Assembly: GCA_046293175.1 (NCBI GenBank)
Contig: JBKBPM010000001.1
Location: 171,446 to 235,445, forward strand
Direction of reading: 5' to 3'
Origin: Minisyncoccia bacterium
GTDB lineage: Bacteria; Patescibacteriota; Minisyncoccia; Phycocordibacterales; UBA918
Length of the DNA stretch: 64,000 bases
In this document: piece after piece, positions 32,669 through 43,176 of the stretch
Layout of the letters: each line of letters starts with the position of its first letter
How positions within the stretch are numbered: the first letter of the stretch is position 1
Notes under the pieces: model-generated
What the model was told of the DNA's origin: nothing
The model's input: only the letters and a program-made list of their open reading frames with translations
Database searches by the model: none
Program-made: the position numbers and the translations under genes

Positions 32669-32962
32669 ATGAAAGAAACTATCAAAAAAACCATATGCTC
32701 AACTCTTGATACCATAGACTCAACGGTTATATCGGGAACCAAAATGATTGATACACTCGTTAGTCCAACCCGCTCAACTTTCACAAGGAGGTACTCGACA
32801 CCCTTTTCACTACTAGCGATATCAAGCGTGATTATGACATTTGTTGGTTTTGAGCAACTCCCTCTTACGGCCGATATCCTGGAGCGTCATCCGATGCTTA
32901 TCCTCGTGCTCGGTATCGCGATTTTGGTACTCACTGGTACACTGTATAAGAAGTTATCGTAG
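32669..32962 (+). CDS. Small membrane hypothetical protein
   Basis: Two C-terminal TMs ending TGTLYKKL; directly follows htrA. Confidence 0.6.
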   Translation: MKETIKKTICSTLDTIDSTVISGTKMIDTLVSPTRSTFTRRYSTPFSLLAISSVIMTFVGFEQLPLTADILERHPMLILVLGIAILVLTGTLYKKLS

Positions 32963-32964
32963 TT

Positions 32965-33147
32965 ATGAGTTTTTGGCAGTTTGTTTTTTTCTTTCTGTAC
33001 ATTCGCAACTGGCACACTGGTCAGTTCGAATTATCGCGACCACGTCTTGCGCTCTTTTTTGGTGGATTATTTCTGTTTGTCTTGGCACTCTTACTCGTAT
33101 CAATCATGCAAGCGCCGGTAACCTATGTATCAGGGACGGCCGGATAG
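32965..33147 (+). CDS. Small membrane hypothetical protein
   Basis: 60 aa, hydrophobic, starts 2 nt after the previous stop. Confidence 0.55.
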   Translation: MSFWQFVFFFLYIRNWHTGQFELSRPRLALFFGGLFLFVLALLLVSIMQAPVTYVSGTAG

Positions 33148-33188
33148 TACTGGTCAGATAGTCATTTTTGTGGTATATTTGTAAAATT

Positions 33189-34298
33189 ATGAAATTTGTC
33201 CCAGCCTTTATTATTCTTGCTTTATTTGGTTTATCTGTGCCAGTCGCGGAGGCAGAAACCGTCGTGCGAACCGGTGAAGTGATTTCTATAGCTGATGATC
33301 AGCGCGTCGATGGAAATTTTTATGCCCTTGGCAGTACGGTGTCCCTCTCAGGTACGGTGGCCGGGGATGTAGTGGCCGCTGCTGGCACTGTCTCGATTAA
33401 TGCGCCGGTTGAGCATGATGTGTTAGTACTTGGCGGAACGGTAGGCGTTAATGCGACCGTAACTGAAGATGTACGGATTATCGGAGGTGATGTCACTATT
33501 GCAGATCATGTGGCCGGGTCAGTATTTGTGGTGGGTGGGCGAGTATCAATTCTCTCTACCGCCACTATCGAGGGGGATGTCCTCTTGGTCGCTGGTGAAG
33601 CAGTAATTGAAGGAACAGTTAAAGGTGATGTGCTTGGTGTCGCCGAACGGGTGCGTGTCGATGGTGCCATTGGCGCTCTTGATATGAAGGTGGTCGGTTT
33701 GACCTTGGGTGATCGAGCCGTTGTCTCTGGTGATGTTGCCTATACCAGTCAGACTGACATTGTACGTGCTCCAGGTGCACAGGTTACCGGTGCTATTACT
33801 AAAAATGACACCGTTGCTACCGACTCGATGAGTAGTCCGTATCGCGGTGCCGCGATGGCCTTTTTGGTCTCACTCTTTGCTTCGCTCTCGCTGTATTTGG
33901 TCGCGAAGCGTCCACTTTCACTCTATGCAAGGCAGGCTACCGATAACATCGCTCGTGAAGGTTTTATTGGCTTCGGTCTCTTGGTAGCAGTACCAGTCGC
34001 TATTGTGATTCTCATGGTCAGTGTGCTTGGACTTTTCCTTGGACTCTCGCTTCTCGCCATATTCCTCATGACAATAGTACTCGCACTCCCGCTCATGAAT
34101 GTGATTGTTGGTACACTCATTGGTCGCACGTTCCAAAACACCCATGAGGTCAATACGCTCCTCATCACACTTGGGGCACTGACCGTACAGATGATGTTGT
34201 TTGTACCAGTGATTGGTCCGGTCTTACTCTTCATCCTCTTCCTTGTGACTATTGGGGGAGTAGCGACTGGTATTTACCAACTCCTCAAGAGCCATTAA
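33189..34298 (+). CDS. Bactofilin-like beta-helix repeat membrane protein
   Basis: Signal peptide, repeated V.GDV...GG.V.I units, C-terminal multi-TM domain. Confidence 0.8.
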   Translation: MKFVPAFIILALFGLSVPVAEAETVVRTGEVISIADDQRVDGNFYALGSTVSLSGTVAGDVVAAAGTVSINAPVEHDVLVLGGTVGVNATVTEDVRIIGGDVTIADHVAGSVFVVGGRVSILSTATIEGDVLLVAGEAVIEGTVKGDVLGVAERVRVDGAIGALDMKVVGLTLGDRAVVSGDVAYTSQTDIVRAPGAQVTGAITKNDTVATDSMSSPYRGAAMAFLVSLFASLSLYLVAKRPLSLYARQATDNIAREGFIGFGLLVAVPVAIVILMVSVLGLFLGLSLLAIFLMTIVLALPLMNVIVGTLIGRTFQNTHEVNTLLITLGALTVQMMLFVPVIGPVLLFILFLVTIGGVATGIYQLLKSH

Positions 34299-34310
34299 GA
34301 ATGAATCGAT

Positions 34311-34332
34311 AAAAAGCCGTTTTGGCTTTTTT
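34311..34332 (+). terminator. Intrinsic terminator
   Basis: aaaaagcc-gtttt-ggctttttt. Confidence 0.55.
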
Positions 34333-34393
34333 GTTTAGTTGGGGAGTGAAGTGTCGTTTATCTATCAAGTGATGGTGTATCATAGGGGGTGAT

Positions 34394-37159
34394 ATGCGCG
34401 AGGGAGTTCCTCAAGAAAAATTTACTAGTCCTGAAGAAGAGATTGCTTTTTTGCGTGAGCGCATTGCGCTCCGCGAACGGGAATTGCTCTCGCGTCAACC
34501 CGAAGCCGACCATAATGACTTTGAAGCGGTAGCAAAAACCGAACTGCGTGAGTATGGCATGTTTACCCCAAAGGTGATTCTTGATGGTGGTCGAGTGATG
34601 GATGGCCACGAGCTCGCGAGCCTGCAGGAACATATCGCAACTACTCGTACTCCGATCGAGGACATCCTCGTGCTCGCCGCCGAAAAGGGGATTCGCAACG
34701 CACTCTCCGTCCTTGAGAAGGTAAATAATCCGTACGTGATTGATGAAGTGCACCGCTCTCTGATCGAACAAATCAAAGGTGGTATGACGACACAGGACCT
34801 GAAAGAAGGTGTGCCACCATGGCAGATACTCCATATGACACTCTTTGAGGTGACCTTACCAGAGCTCAAAAATAGCCAAGATCGCGAGTATCAATTAGCC
34901 GACCTCATCGGCATGATGGAGCAGCTCTTTCGAGGACTGCGTATCATATCAAGCAAGGATAGCTCACAACATGTAGCGCTTGAGATTGCGGTGGCGGACA
35001 ATAGCGACGACATCGTGTTTTATGCAGCTGTACCAACGGAGTTTGTCACGCTTTTTGAAAAGCAGACGCTCTCGCTGTTTCCGCACGCAGTCCTCAGTGA
35101 ACAAGTCCACGATTACAACATTTTTGTCGATGGGGGAGTGAGTATCATCTCCGAGCTTGGACTTAAGAAGCATCCGATCTATCCGCTCCGGACTCATGAG
35201 GCGTTTTCCTCTGACCCGCTGGCAGTACTTCTTAATGCCTTTTCAAAAATTGAACGAGACGGTGGCGGAGCGGCCGTGCAGTTTCTCTTTCGTCATCCGA
35301 AACAATCGTATCGCAGTTCCTATGAAGAAATTGTAAAACGAGTCAAAAAAGGTATGAAGCCAGCGGAAGCGATTCGTCGTAGTACATTAACTGGTGAAAT
35401 GTTAGCCGGGGTCGGTGAACTCTTTTTCTCAAGTGCCAAACCAAAAGACAGTGTCCCACCTGAGCCAGATCAAGAAGCCCTTGAACTCTTCGCCGAAAAA
35501 CAGAAGGGCGATATTTTCGAAACCAATATCCGTATTGCCGTCTCAGCGCGTGATCAACAAAGAGCCAGAGATATTTTGCGTGAAATCGAAGCGACCTTTG
35601 GACAGTATACACATCTGACCGGTAATCAATTTACCTTCCAACATCGTACTGGCTCGAGTCTTCGTCTCGCCGAAAAAGCCTTTTCATTCCGTGAATTTAA
35701 CGGGAAAATCGCTTTGCCGCTCTCGGAGACTGAGCTCTCGACCATTATTCACTTCCCAGGTAACGGGATTGTTTCTTCACCACAGTTTAAGCAGGCACAC
35801 GCTGCTACGGCCGCCGCTCCAACTGATATGCCCACTACAGGCACACTTTTGGGTATCAACCGCCACCGCAATATCGAAAGGGCAATTTACATGACTGAGA
35901 AAGACCGCATGCGCCACTTCTACGTCATTGGTCAGACTGGTACCGGTAAGTCGGTCTTCCTGCAAAACCTCATTCATCAAGATATCGAGGCCGGCCACGG
36001 TGTCTGTATGATTGACCCGCATGGGACTGATATTCAAACAGTACTCGGCTCCATCCCGGCCCATCGTGAACAGGATGTTATCTACTTTGACCCCTCAAAT
36101 CTCGAGAACCCAATTGGACTTAATATGCTCGAGTACGACGAACGCAAGCCCGAGCAAAAGACCTTTGTCGTGAACGAACTCTTTTCAATCTTCCAAAAGC
36201 TTTACGGGGCAAACCCTGAAAGTATGGGGCCGATGTTCGAGCAATACTTCCGAAACGCTACCTTGCTCGTCATGGAGGATCCGGAGAGTGGTAACACGCT
36301 CATGGATATTAGTCGGGTGATGGCAGATGCCAAGTACCGCCGCATGAAACTCGAAAAGGCTAAGAATCCCGTCGTAGTCCAGTTCTGGCGCGAGATAGCA
36401 ACGAAGGCCGGGGGTGAGGCGTCACTTGAGAATATCGTACCATACATTGTATCTAAGTTCGATGTCTTTACGGCGAACGACTACATGCGACCAATTATTG
36501 GTCAGCAGAAGAGTGCGTTTAACTTCCGGCAGATTATGGACGAGCGGAAGATTCTTCTCGTTAATCTCTCAAAAGGTCGTCTTGGTGAAATCAATGCCAA
36601 CCTCATCGGTATGATTGTGGTGGGGAAGATTCTCATGGCCGCGTTGTCGCGCGTGGATAATCCAGCTATGGATTTTGCACCCTTTTTCCTCCACATCGAT
36701 GAGTTTCAAAATGTTTCGACTCCATCCATTGCGTCAATTCTCTCTGAAGCCCGTAAGTACAAGCTCTCGCTCACCATAGCCCACCAGTTCATCGCGCAGC
36801 TTGATGAAGATATTCGTGATGCGGTGTTTGGAAACGTGGGATCAATTGCCTCATTCCGGGTGGGCTCGGAAGATGCGACCTTCCTTGAAAAACAGTTTGC
36901 CCCGTCATTTGAAGCGAACGACCTTATGAACGTCCCGAACTGGAATGCCTTTGTCCGTATGCTTGCTAATGGCGTGCCCACTAAGCCTTTTAGTCTTGCC
37001 GCCATGCCGCCACCAGCGTCTAATCCTGATCGAGTTGAACTTCTCAAAGAGTTCAGTGCCAAACACTACGGCCGTCCGCGCCACGAGGTTGAGGCGGAGA
37101 TATCCGCACGTTACATCAAGGAAGTACCAGCACTTCCATCTCTTAGTGATATACTGTAG
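34394..37159 (+). CDS. VirD4/TraG/HerA-like P-loop ATPase (CPR type IV secretion-like coupling protein)
   Basis: RHFYVIGQTGTGKS, IDPHG, LHIDEFQ, LSEARKYKLSLTIAHQ, DAVFGNVGS. Confidence 0.88.
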   Translation: MREGVPQEKFTSPEEEIAFLRERIALRERELLSRQPEADHNDFEAVAKTELREYGMFTPKVILDGGRVMDGHELASLQEHIATTRTPIEDILVLAAEKGIRNALSVLEKVNNPYVIDEVHRSLIEQIKGGMTTQDLKEGVPPWQILHMTLFEVTLPELKNSQDREYQLADLIGMMEQLFRGLRIISSKDSSQHVALEIAVADNSDDIVFYAAVPTEFVTLFEKQTLSLFPHAVLSEQVHDYNIFVDGGVSIISELGLKKHPIYPLRTHEAFSSDPLAVLLNAFSKIERDGGGAAVQFLFRHPKQSYRSSYEEIVKRVKKGMKPAEAIRRSTLTGEMLAGVGELFFSSAKPKDSVPPEPDQEALELFAEKQKGDIFETNIRIAVSARDQQRARDILREIEATFGQYTHLTGNQFTFQHRTGSSLRLAEKAFSFREFNGKIALPLSETELSTIIHFPGNGIVSSPQFKQAHAATAAAPTDMPTTGTLLGINRHRNIERAIYMTEKDRMRHFYVIGQTGTGKSVFLQNLIHQDIEAGHGVCMIDPHGTDIQTVLGSIPAHREQDVIYFDPSNLENPIGLNMLEYDERKPEQKTFVVNELFSIFQKLYGANPESMGPMFEQYFRNATLLVMEDPESGNTLMDISRVMADAKYRRMKLEKAKNPVVVQFWREIATKAGGEASLENIVPYIVSKFDVFTANDYMRPIIGQQKSAFNFRQIMDERKILLVNLSKGRLGEINANLIGMIVVGKILMAALSRVDNPAMDFAPFFLHIDEFQNVSTPSIASILSEARKYKLSLTIAHQFIAQLDEDIRDAVFGNVGSIASFRVGSEDATFLEKQFAPSFEANDLMNVPNWNAFVRMLANGVPTKPFSLAAMPPPASNPDRVELLKEFSAKHYGRPRHEVEAEISARYIKEVPALPSLSDIL

Positions 37160-37164
37160 ACGCT

Positions 37165-40092
37165 ATGTCGCTTGAAGCAAAACAAAAGAATCAATTTGAA
37201 GATAAACCATCAGAGTATAGCGTTGCAACATTACGACAACAGGTGGTTGATTTGTCGTCAAAATTTCCTAATATCAAATATCGTGCAGTCGATAAGCAAG
37301 AAGCAATTCGCAATAATTTTGATCAACTTAAACGATTACTTGATCAACCAGACGAAACACTTCTGTCAGAAAGTGAATGTAACCTTGCTGAAGGATTACT
37401 CACTAATATAAAAACACTCCTCGATTTACCTGTAACAGAAGAGCATCGTAACCGAGTAAATAATCGACCTATTCCTGTTGTCTTGCAAGCAATGCCTGGC
37501 ACAATCAGAGAGTCTGATTCCGCAGCTACTGAAATAGTTCAAGAAGTTAAAGAATCATTCAGTGATACAGATGAATTAATCGATCTTTCTGACAGTGCGC
37601 AGTTTGAACAATATGATCAGGAACTCTTAGAGGCAACAAAAAAAGCCTTTTCAAATCAACAATTTTTTAAGGAACATAGACTTGTACAAGGTCTGCAGGC
37701 CCTCGGAACCATGCGAGTTATTTTTGCGCAATGGGATAGAACATTACAACAAATTAAATCAAATCAACAAAACAATAAAGAAGTCGATACCGGATTGTAT
37801 GAGAAACTGAATAAATATTACAATAAAATCCTCGATTTAATTGAGGTAGTTAATGGTGAAGTCACCACCTTCCGTGCAAACCAAGTAGCTGAAGATGAAA
37901 AAAGTTCGGATAGCAATCCAGTTCTCTCAGGTGATGCTCCTGCTGAAGAAGAATCAATAATTGCTAATGAGTCTATTGTCGCATCTGTATCACCCGCTGC
38001 AGTACCTTTGCCGACTCTTGTATTAACCAATGAAGAGAGGGTAACCGAAGAGTCAGGTGCTCCAGTTACTCTCAAACAGCCGCAAGAATCCACTCAGTCT
38101 CCTGAGGTGTCTGCAACCGAACAAATAAACAACAGCATTATTACCATCGCTGATAAATATAAGGCCGAACGTGAATCACTTGGTCGAGCAGCCGATGAGT
38201 TGTTGGCAAAGCCAAACCTGCCTGCCCACGTGCTACAGTCACTCACTTTTGCGAAGTCTGAAATGCTCGTGCATCTTGAACAACTTTCATATACTGATCC
38301 ACAGTACATGCAGCTTCGCGAACGAGTAAAGGAAGTCATTAACGCAGCACAGCAATTAACTGGCGAAGATATCACTATAGCACCAGCACCAAAAATTGAA
38401 GGAGCTAATCACCATCTCGCACCAGAGACAAGAAAGAAACTCTCAGAGAATTCAAAATTACGAGCTGCTTTGTTAGTTGCTATGGTAGCAATCGTGTCAC
38501 CAAATAATGTATCCGACTATAGTGATAATTTCGTAGTTGCTTCAGCTGACATGAGTTCACCACTCAGTCGAATGGGCGAACATGCGCAGTGGATCGGCGA
38601 TACTGCCAGTGGTATTTTGGCAGCTGCTGAGAAAGATGAGCCTAAAAAATTAGTTGTTGTTCGACCATACACAGGCGAAGAGGAAGTCTCTACGGTAACT
38701 GCTGAAGCTCCAACTGAGACGAGGATTACAAACATGAATTTTGCCTCCAGTGGAGAGACTCCACCCTCGGTTGTGGCTGAAGCTGGATCATTACCAGCGG
38801 TAGACCTCAGCGAAGACAATCTACCAAAAGTATCTGAAATAGTCGTAAATCGTTTTGGTTATGAACCAACCGCTCTTGAAGTTGACACTCGTGAGTCAAT
38901 GGTAACGGCTGCTGATACTTCAGTATCCGAGCCAACAATAACAAAAATAGCTGAACCTGATCCCAAGAGCCCAGCCTACCAAGAAAGTATCGCTCCGACT
39001 GAATCAGTAGCTAGTGGTAATACTGTCGTAGAAGTTTTACAAGGTAATGAAGCAACGTACCCAGACCGAGCTATCGATCCACTCCTCGCGGCTGTTGATG
39101 CAACTGGTATTCCTCTGGTACTCGCGAACAAACTCCGCGCCGAAGAGAAAGAAGCGTTCCTGTCTGACGCCAACCGCCTTCGGGCCGCTGGGGTAGGTAG
39201 TGGTCAAAAGAATGTTACTTTCCCAGGCGAAAAAATCAACTACAGTGACCCGGTAGCAAGACTCGATCAGCGTTTTAATGAGTATCGTCAATACTTAAGT
39301 GTACCCCATACAGAAGTAGCGGTTGAAGGAGACAATCTCACTAAACTCGTGGAGAAGTCATACGCACGTGATCTCGCCGTACTCTCTCCAGCTGATCGCT
39401 TGCCGGTAGTAGAGGAAGCTCTGGCCGCGTATCTTGCAACACCTGGAGCCCTCGAAAATCTCAAGCTTAAGGATAAAGATACTGTTCCAATTGCTGCGGT
39501 CGTGCCACTTCAGGTGTTGGCCCGCTATCTCGCTGATGCGGTGGCTAAAAAAGTTCTCACCGCAAATGAGTCTGGTAGCGCTTCGGAAGTATTGGTAGAT
39601 GATAGTTCAACTGCAGAAACGATTGCAGTAGATGTAGATGCCACTTTTAATGCATCTGAAGAATCAGGTAGTGCTTCAAAAGTTATTGAAGACAGGGGTG
39701 AGCCCGGTGAAGTAACGTCTCCGGAAGAATATCCGGGCGGTGTTATAGCGTTTAGCCAGGCCTATAATCAATTGCTCGAATCGTTTGGTATTGCGATTAA
39801 AGCTCCGGCAATGTTTGATAGCTGGTTTACCGTTAATCGGGCAGAATATAATAATCGAGAATTGCTCGGTATGACCGTAGGGGAGATAACCACTATTATG
39901 ATGCAAGATCCGGTAGAGGTGATGCGTGAGCTCAATGCACGCAAGATAAGTCCTGAAGCCGCTAATGCAGTCTATCAGCTTGTCATTGAAGCACGCAAAA
40001 ATGGTTTGGCTCCGTATGCAACTGACTCGACAATCACACTTGAAGAAGTGATCAAACGAAAGGTGCTCGCCGATGCATCAACTAATAAGTAA
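37165..40092 (+). CDS. Large acidic hypothetical protein (central hydrophobic segment, possible LysM-like motifs)
   Basis: 975-aa ORF; LRAALLVAMVAIV; VAVEGDNLTKL and NVTFPGEKI motifs. Confidence 0.75.
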   Translation: MSLEAKQKNQFEDKPSEYSVATLRQQVVDLSSKFPNIKYRAVDKQEAIRNNFDQLKRLLDQPDETLLSESECNLAEGLLTNIKTLLDLPVTEEHRNRVNNRPIPVVLQAMPGTIRESDSAATEIVQEVKESFSDTDELIDLSDSAQFEQYDQELLEATKKAFSNQQFFKEHRLVQGLQALGTMRVIFAQWDRTLQQIKSNQQNNKEVDTGLYEKLNKYYNKILDLIEVVNGEVTTFRANQVAEDEKSSDSNPVLSGDAPAEEESIIANESIVASVSPAAVPLPTLVLTNEERVTEESGAPVTLKQPQESTQSPEVSATEQINNSIITIADKYKAERESLGRAADELLAKPNLPAHVLQSLTFAKSEMLVHLEQLSYTDPQYMQLRERVKEVINAAQQLTGEDITIAPAPKIEGANHHLAPETRKKLSENSKLRAALLVAMVAIVSPNNVSDYSDNFVVASADMSSPLSRMGEHAQWIGDTASGILAAAEKDEPKKLVVVRPYTGEEEVSTVTAEAPTETRITNMNFASSGETPPSVVAEAGSLPAVDLSEDNLPKVSEIVVNRFGYEPTALEVDTRESMVTAADTSVSEPTITKIAEPDPKSPAYQESIAPTESVASGNTVVEVLQGNEATYPDRAIDPLLAAVDATGIPLVLANKLRAEEKEAFLSDANRLRAAGVGSGQKNVTFPGEKINYSDPVARLDQRFNEYRQYLSVPHTEVAVEGDNLTKLVEKSYARDLAVLSPADRLPVVEEALAAYLATPGALENLKLKDKDTVPIAAVVPLQVLARYLADAVAKKVLTANESGSASEVLVDDSSTAETIAVDVDATFNASEESGSASKVIEDRGEPGEVTSPEEYPGGVIAFSQAYNQLLESFGIAIKAPAMFDSWFTVNRAEYNNRELLGMTVGEITTIMMQDPVEVMRELNARKISPEAANAVYQLVIEARKNGLAPYATDSTITLEEVIKRKVLADASTNK

Positions 40093-40098
40093 CATCCT

Positions 40099-40365
40099 AT
40101 GTCTACCGATAAAATGAATCCTGAAGAAGAACAAGCCTTTGCGGTTTTTATTGCCGCTGTTGAGCGCTATGTGGCGAGTGTCGATGAAGCCTCGGGCGAA
40201 CAATTTGAAGCCTGGCTTGATGAACATGCTGAGACAGAAGACTTGCTGCCGCTACTTTTGCAGACCTATCCAAAATTTGGAGAAATTTTTGCAGACGAAG
40301 TAGAGAAGTTGGGTGCACAAACAAATCAAGATGCGCCTTCACTAGCGGTTACTGAGGAAAACTAG
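40099..40365 (+). CDS. Small acidic hypothetical protein
   Basis: 88-aa ORF tightly following the previous gene. Confidence 0.65.
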   Translation: MSTDKMNPEEEQAFAVFIAAVERYVASVDEASGEQFEAWLDEHAETEDLLPLLLQTYPKFGEIFADEVEKLGAQTNQDAPSLAVTEEN

Positions 40366-40404
40366 TCGATACTTTTTTGATAGAGTGGTAGTATAAGAAG
40401 TGAT

Positions 40405-41940
40405 ATGGTTCAGGAAGTGCGTTCTTCTGCGACTGAGGTCGTTTTTGATTTACACAGCGAAGCTGGTGTGGTGGCTGCTTTGGCAGCGGTCCGTGGGAGC
40501 AACCTGTCTCGTGAAGAAAAAAACGAACTCCGTGATCTCATTTTTGCTTTCAAAAATGAGCCAGACGCCTCACTTGAAGCGACAATACAAAATTCGCTGG
40601 CAAAGCTTACTCCAGCACAAATAACAACACCAACACCTACTCCAGTTTCGGCTCCTGCGACCATAGGTACAACTGCGGTTTCGGCGGCAGCTGCTACGCC
40701 ACGGTATGGTCTCGGTAACACTCGGCCACAGCCAGTGTTTGCTTCACTTCCCGTCACCACAAAAGTGACAGAAAAACCCGGACCTAATCCAGCCTCAGTA
40801 GTGCCTTCTACAGAAGTAATTGCAGAAGTACCAGTTGTACCACCAAATCTTCCGGTTGCACCAAATAAACCTGAGCCAGACCTAAACGTCACCATTACAC
40901 CACCACCAGTTGATCCGGTTCGTATGGTGCCGGTTTCTGTGGCCGCTTCCGACATGATCCCGAAGGCTGTAGTAGATGAAAAACTCGCGACAGTAGCGCC
41001 TACTCCAGAGCCAAGTATTGAACTCAAGCCACCATACCAAGAAGATCATTCACTTGATGTTTATCGCAATCGTATCACCGAAATCAAGCAATTTATTAAT
41101 CAGAAAGTAGGAAACCCGGTAAACCTGGTTGATCTTGATAATACCGTCGGTCGAGCCTACATGGGAGCACTCCTTGAGGCAATGAAAGCGGTCTCAGGCG
41201 GAGGTGGAGATCCAGTTAGTCTTATGGCGAAGCTTGAAGCTGTCGTCAAAGATGTTGAGAAAATATTGGATACAAAATTAGCTTCAGCGCCACAAGCAAC
41301 CCCAGTGACATCAGCTCCAGTGAGTGTGCCGGTAAAGCCAACGGCTGAGACACCAACAGCTGCAGCAGCAACTGCTCCTGCTATCCCGGTACCACACAAG
41401 GCGTCAGACACTACCGCAATGAGTACACCACCAGTGATTGTGCCATCTATTCCAGTTCGTCGGGTCGAAGAACCAATGACCCCAATCACGCCAGGTGATG
41501 TAGCTCAGTCTCGCTTCAAGAATGTTATACCAGTCACCGCACAGGAGCCTCTCAAGACACCAAAAGATCTCCCAACTGCCGCTGAAGTAAAAGCCCGCTC
41601 AGGCATTACTGACCCACTGGCTGATCCAGATGTGGATCTTGGTCTCGAACAACTATTGAGTGAATGGTCTCTATTTCGCAAGAGTGGGGTTTTTGGCACC
41701 GGTCCTAAAGGGACACAACACCCACTTTATCAAAAGCTTGCGGTACTCCAGATGCCACTGATTTTATCTGGTCGGTTTGAGGGTTCAACGCCTGAAATCC
41801 GACAGAGTATCACCGACTATATGAATGGTTGGCGCTATGAACAGGGTATTATCTACGAGCAAGAAGAAACCTTTGAACACTACCTCCGCCGCGTGATTCG
41901 TCATATCATCGATTCACAAACCAGACGCCGTGCTGCATAA
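40405..41940 (+). CDS. Pro/Thr-rich hypothetical protein with globular modules
   Basis: Low-complexity linkers between globular segments (VGNPVNL; LLSEWSLF..DYMNGWRYEQG). Confidence 0.8.
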   Translation: MVQEVRSSATEVVFDLHSEAGVVAALAAVRGSNLSREEKNELRDLIFAFKNEPDASLEATIQNSLAKLTPAQITTPTPTPVSAPATIGTTAVSAAAATPRYGLGNTRPQPVFASLPVTTKVTEKPGPNPASVVPSTEVIAEVPVVPPNLPVAPNKPEPDLNVTITPPPVDPVRMVPVSVAASDMIPKAVVDEKLATVAPTPEPSIELKPPYQEDHSLDVYRNRITEIKQFINQKVGNPVNLVDLDNTVGRAYMGALLEAMKAVSGGGGDPVSLMAKLEAVVKDVEKILDTKLASAPQATPVTSAPVSVPVKPTAETPTAAAATAPAIPVPHKASDTTAMSTPPVIVPSIPVRRVEEPMTPITPGDVAQSRFKNVIPVTAQEPLKTPKDLPTAAEVKARSGITDPLADPDVDLGLEQLLSEWSLFRKSGVFGTGPKGTQHPLYQKLAVLQMPLILSGRFEGSTPEIRQSITDYMNGWRYEQGIIYEQEETFEHYLRRVIRHIIDSQTRRRAA

Positions 41941-41948
41941 TAGAGCAC

Positions 41949-42569
41949 ATGCTCGCTCACCACGCTCTCCTAGAAATCACCCCGCAGCGTACGGAAGCAA
42001 TTTCTCGTTACAAAGCGGAAGTCGACCAAGCAGTCGAGGTGATTGTGTACGAGGTTGAATCTCTCACCATAGAAGACGTCAGGTACCTCAATACGCTCGC
42101 GTACCAAACACCCGGTTCATATGAGAGTCGCACGATTGTGATAGCGGCACGGGTCATTAACCGTGAGGCACAGCACGCGCTTTTGAAGATGCTCGAGGAG
42201 CCACCAAAGACCACCGCGTTTTATATAATTCTCCCGTCTATTGCGAGTTTGTTACCAACTGTGCTGTCGCGCGTAATAATAGTTGCTAGTGATACCGTTG
42301 TAGATAATGGACACCCCCTCTTTGTTGCTTTTATAGAGGGAGCTCTCAACGCTCGTCTTGATATGATAGCTGATATCGGCAAGCGAAAAGCTGATGAGGA
42401 CTATGATTCACTCTACGATGGACTGGTTGCGTATGTATCGCAGGTGAGTGATCCACACGCACTGACAGCAATTGAGTCCGCGTTACGCTTTTTGCGCCAA
42501 AAAGGGGCCGCGAAGAAGATGATTTGGGAACATCTGGCACTTACGCTGCCGGTCAAAGCAAAGAGATAA
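41949..42569 (+). CDS. holB: DNA polymerase III delta-prime-like subunit (short form)
   Basis: IEDVR, EAQHALLKMLEEPP, LLPTVLSR. Confidence 0.82.
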   Translation: MLAHHALLEITPQRTEAISRYKAEVDQAVEVIVYEVESLTIEDVRYLNTLAYQTPGSYESRTIVIAARVINREAQHALLKMLEEPPKTTAFYIILPSIASLLPTVLSRVIIVASDTVVDNGHPLFVAFIEGALNARLDMIADIGKRKADEDYDSLYDGLVAYVSQVSDPHALTAIESALRFLRQKGAAKKMIWEHLALTLPVKAKR

Positions 42570-42615
42570 ATTGTGGTATACTCAGGTTCAATCTAGTAGT
42601 AGTTAGACTTTATAT

Positions 42616-43158
42616 ATGGATGAGACTGAAAAAAAACGATTTACTGATATTGTCGAATGGCTCGATAAAGAATTTTCGACGATTCGCACCGGGCAAGCGA
42701 CTCCAACCCTCCTTGATGGTGTACGTGTTGAAAGTTATGGCACTCTGTTACCGCTCAATCAGGTAGGTTCTGTGGGTATTGAAGATGCACGTACCTTGCG
42801 TATTTCACCTTGGGATGCGTCGCAGGTAAAGGCGGTAGAAAAGGCGATTATAGATGCCAACCTTGGTTTGTCAGTTATGGCGGACAGTGCCGGTGTACGC
42901 GTTATTTTCCCAGAACTAACCGGCGAACGTCGTCAGCAGCTAGTGAAGCTCGCCAAGAGTAAACTTGAAGATGCCCGGGTGTCGGTTAAGGCCGTGCGAG
43001 ATGACATCATGAAAGCGATTGATGCTGCTGAAAAGTCTGGTGAGATGAGTCAAGACGACAAATTTATAGCAAAAGAAGAAGCACAAAAAGTTGTGGATGC
43101 GACCAACCGTGCACTTGAAGCCCGATTTGCGGAAAAGGAAGTTGAAATTAGTCGCTAG
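42616..43158 (+). CDS. frr: Ribosome recycling factor
   Basis: IRTGQATP, YGTLLPLNQV, FPELTGERR. Confidence 0.96.
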   Translation: MDETEKKRFTDIVEWLDKEFSTIRTGQATPTLLDGVRVESYGTLLPLNQVGSVGIEDARTLRISPWDASQVKAVEKAIIDANLGLSVMADSAGVRVIFPELTGERRQQLVKLAKSKLEDARVSVKAVRDDIMKAIDAAEKSGEMSQDDKFIAKEEAQKVVDATNRALEARFAEKEVEISR

Positions 43159-43176
43159 TAATTAACCATCCCTATC

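Noticed and set aside
34394-37159. Conjugative element / ICE
   Set aside because: No relaxase, integrase, VirB genes or att repeats were seen, and the flanking genes are chromosomal.
41949-42569. holB pseudogene (missing N-terminal P-loop/zinc region)
   Set aside because: The ORF is uninterrupted, has its own -10 box, and short delta-prime forms are to my knowledge usual in this lineage.
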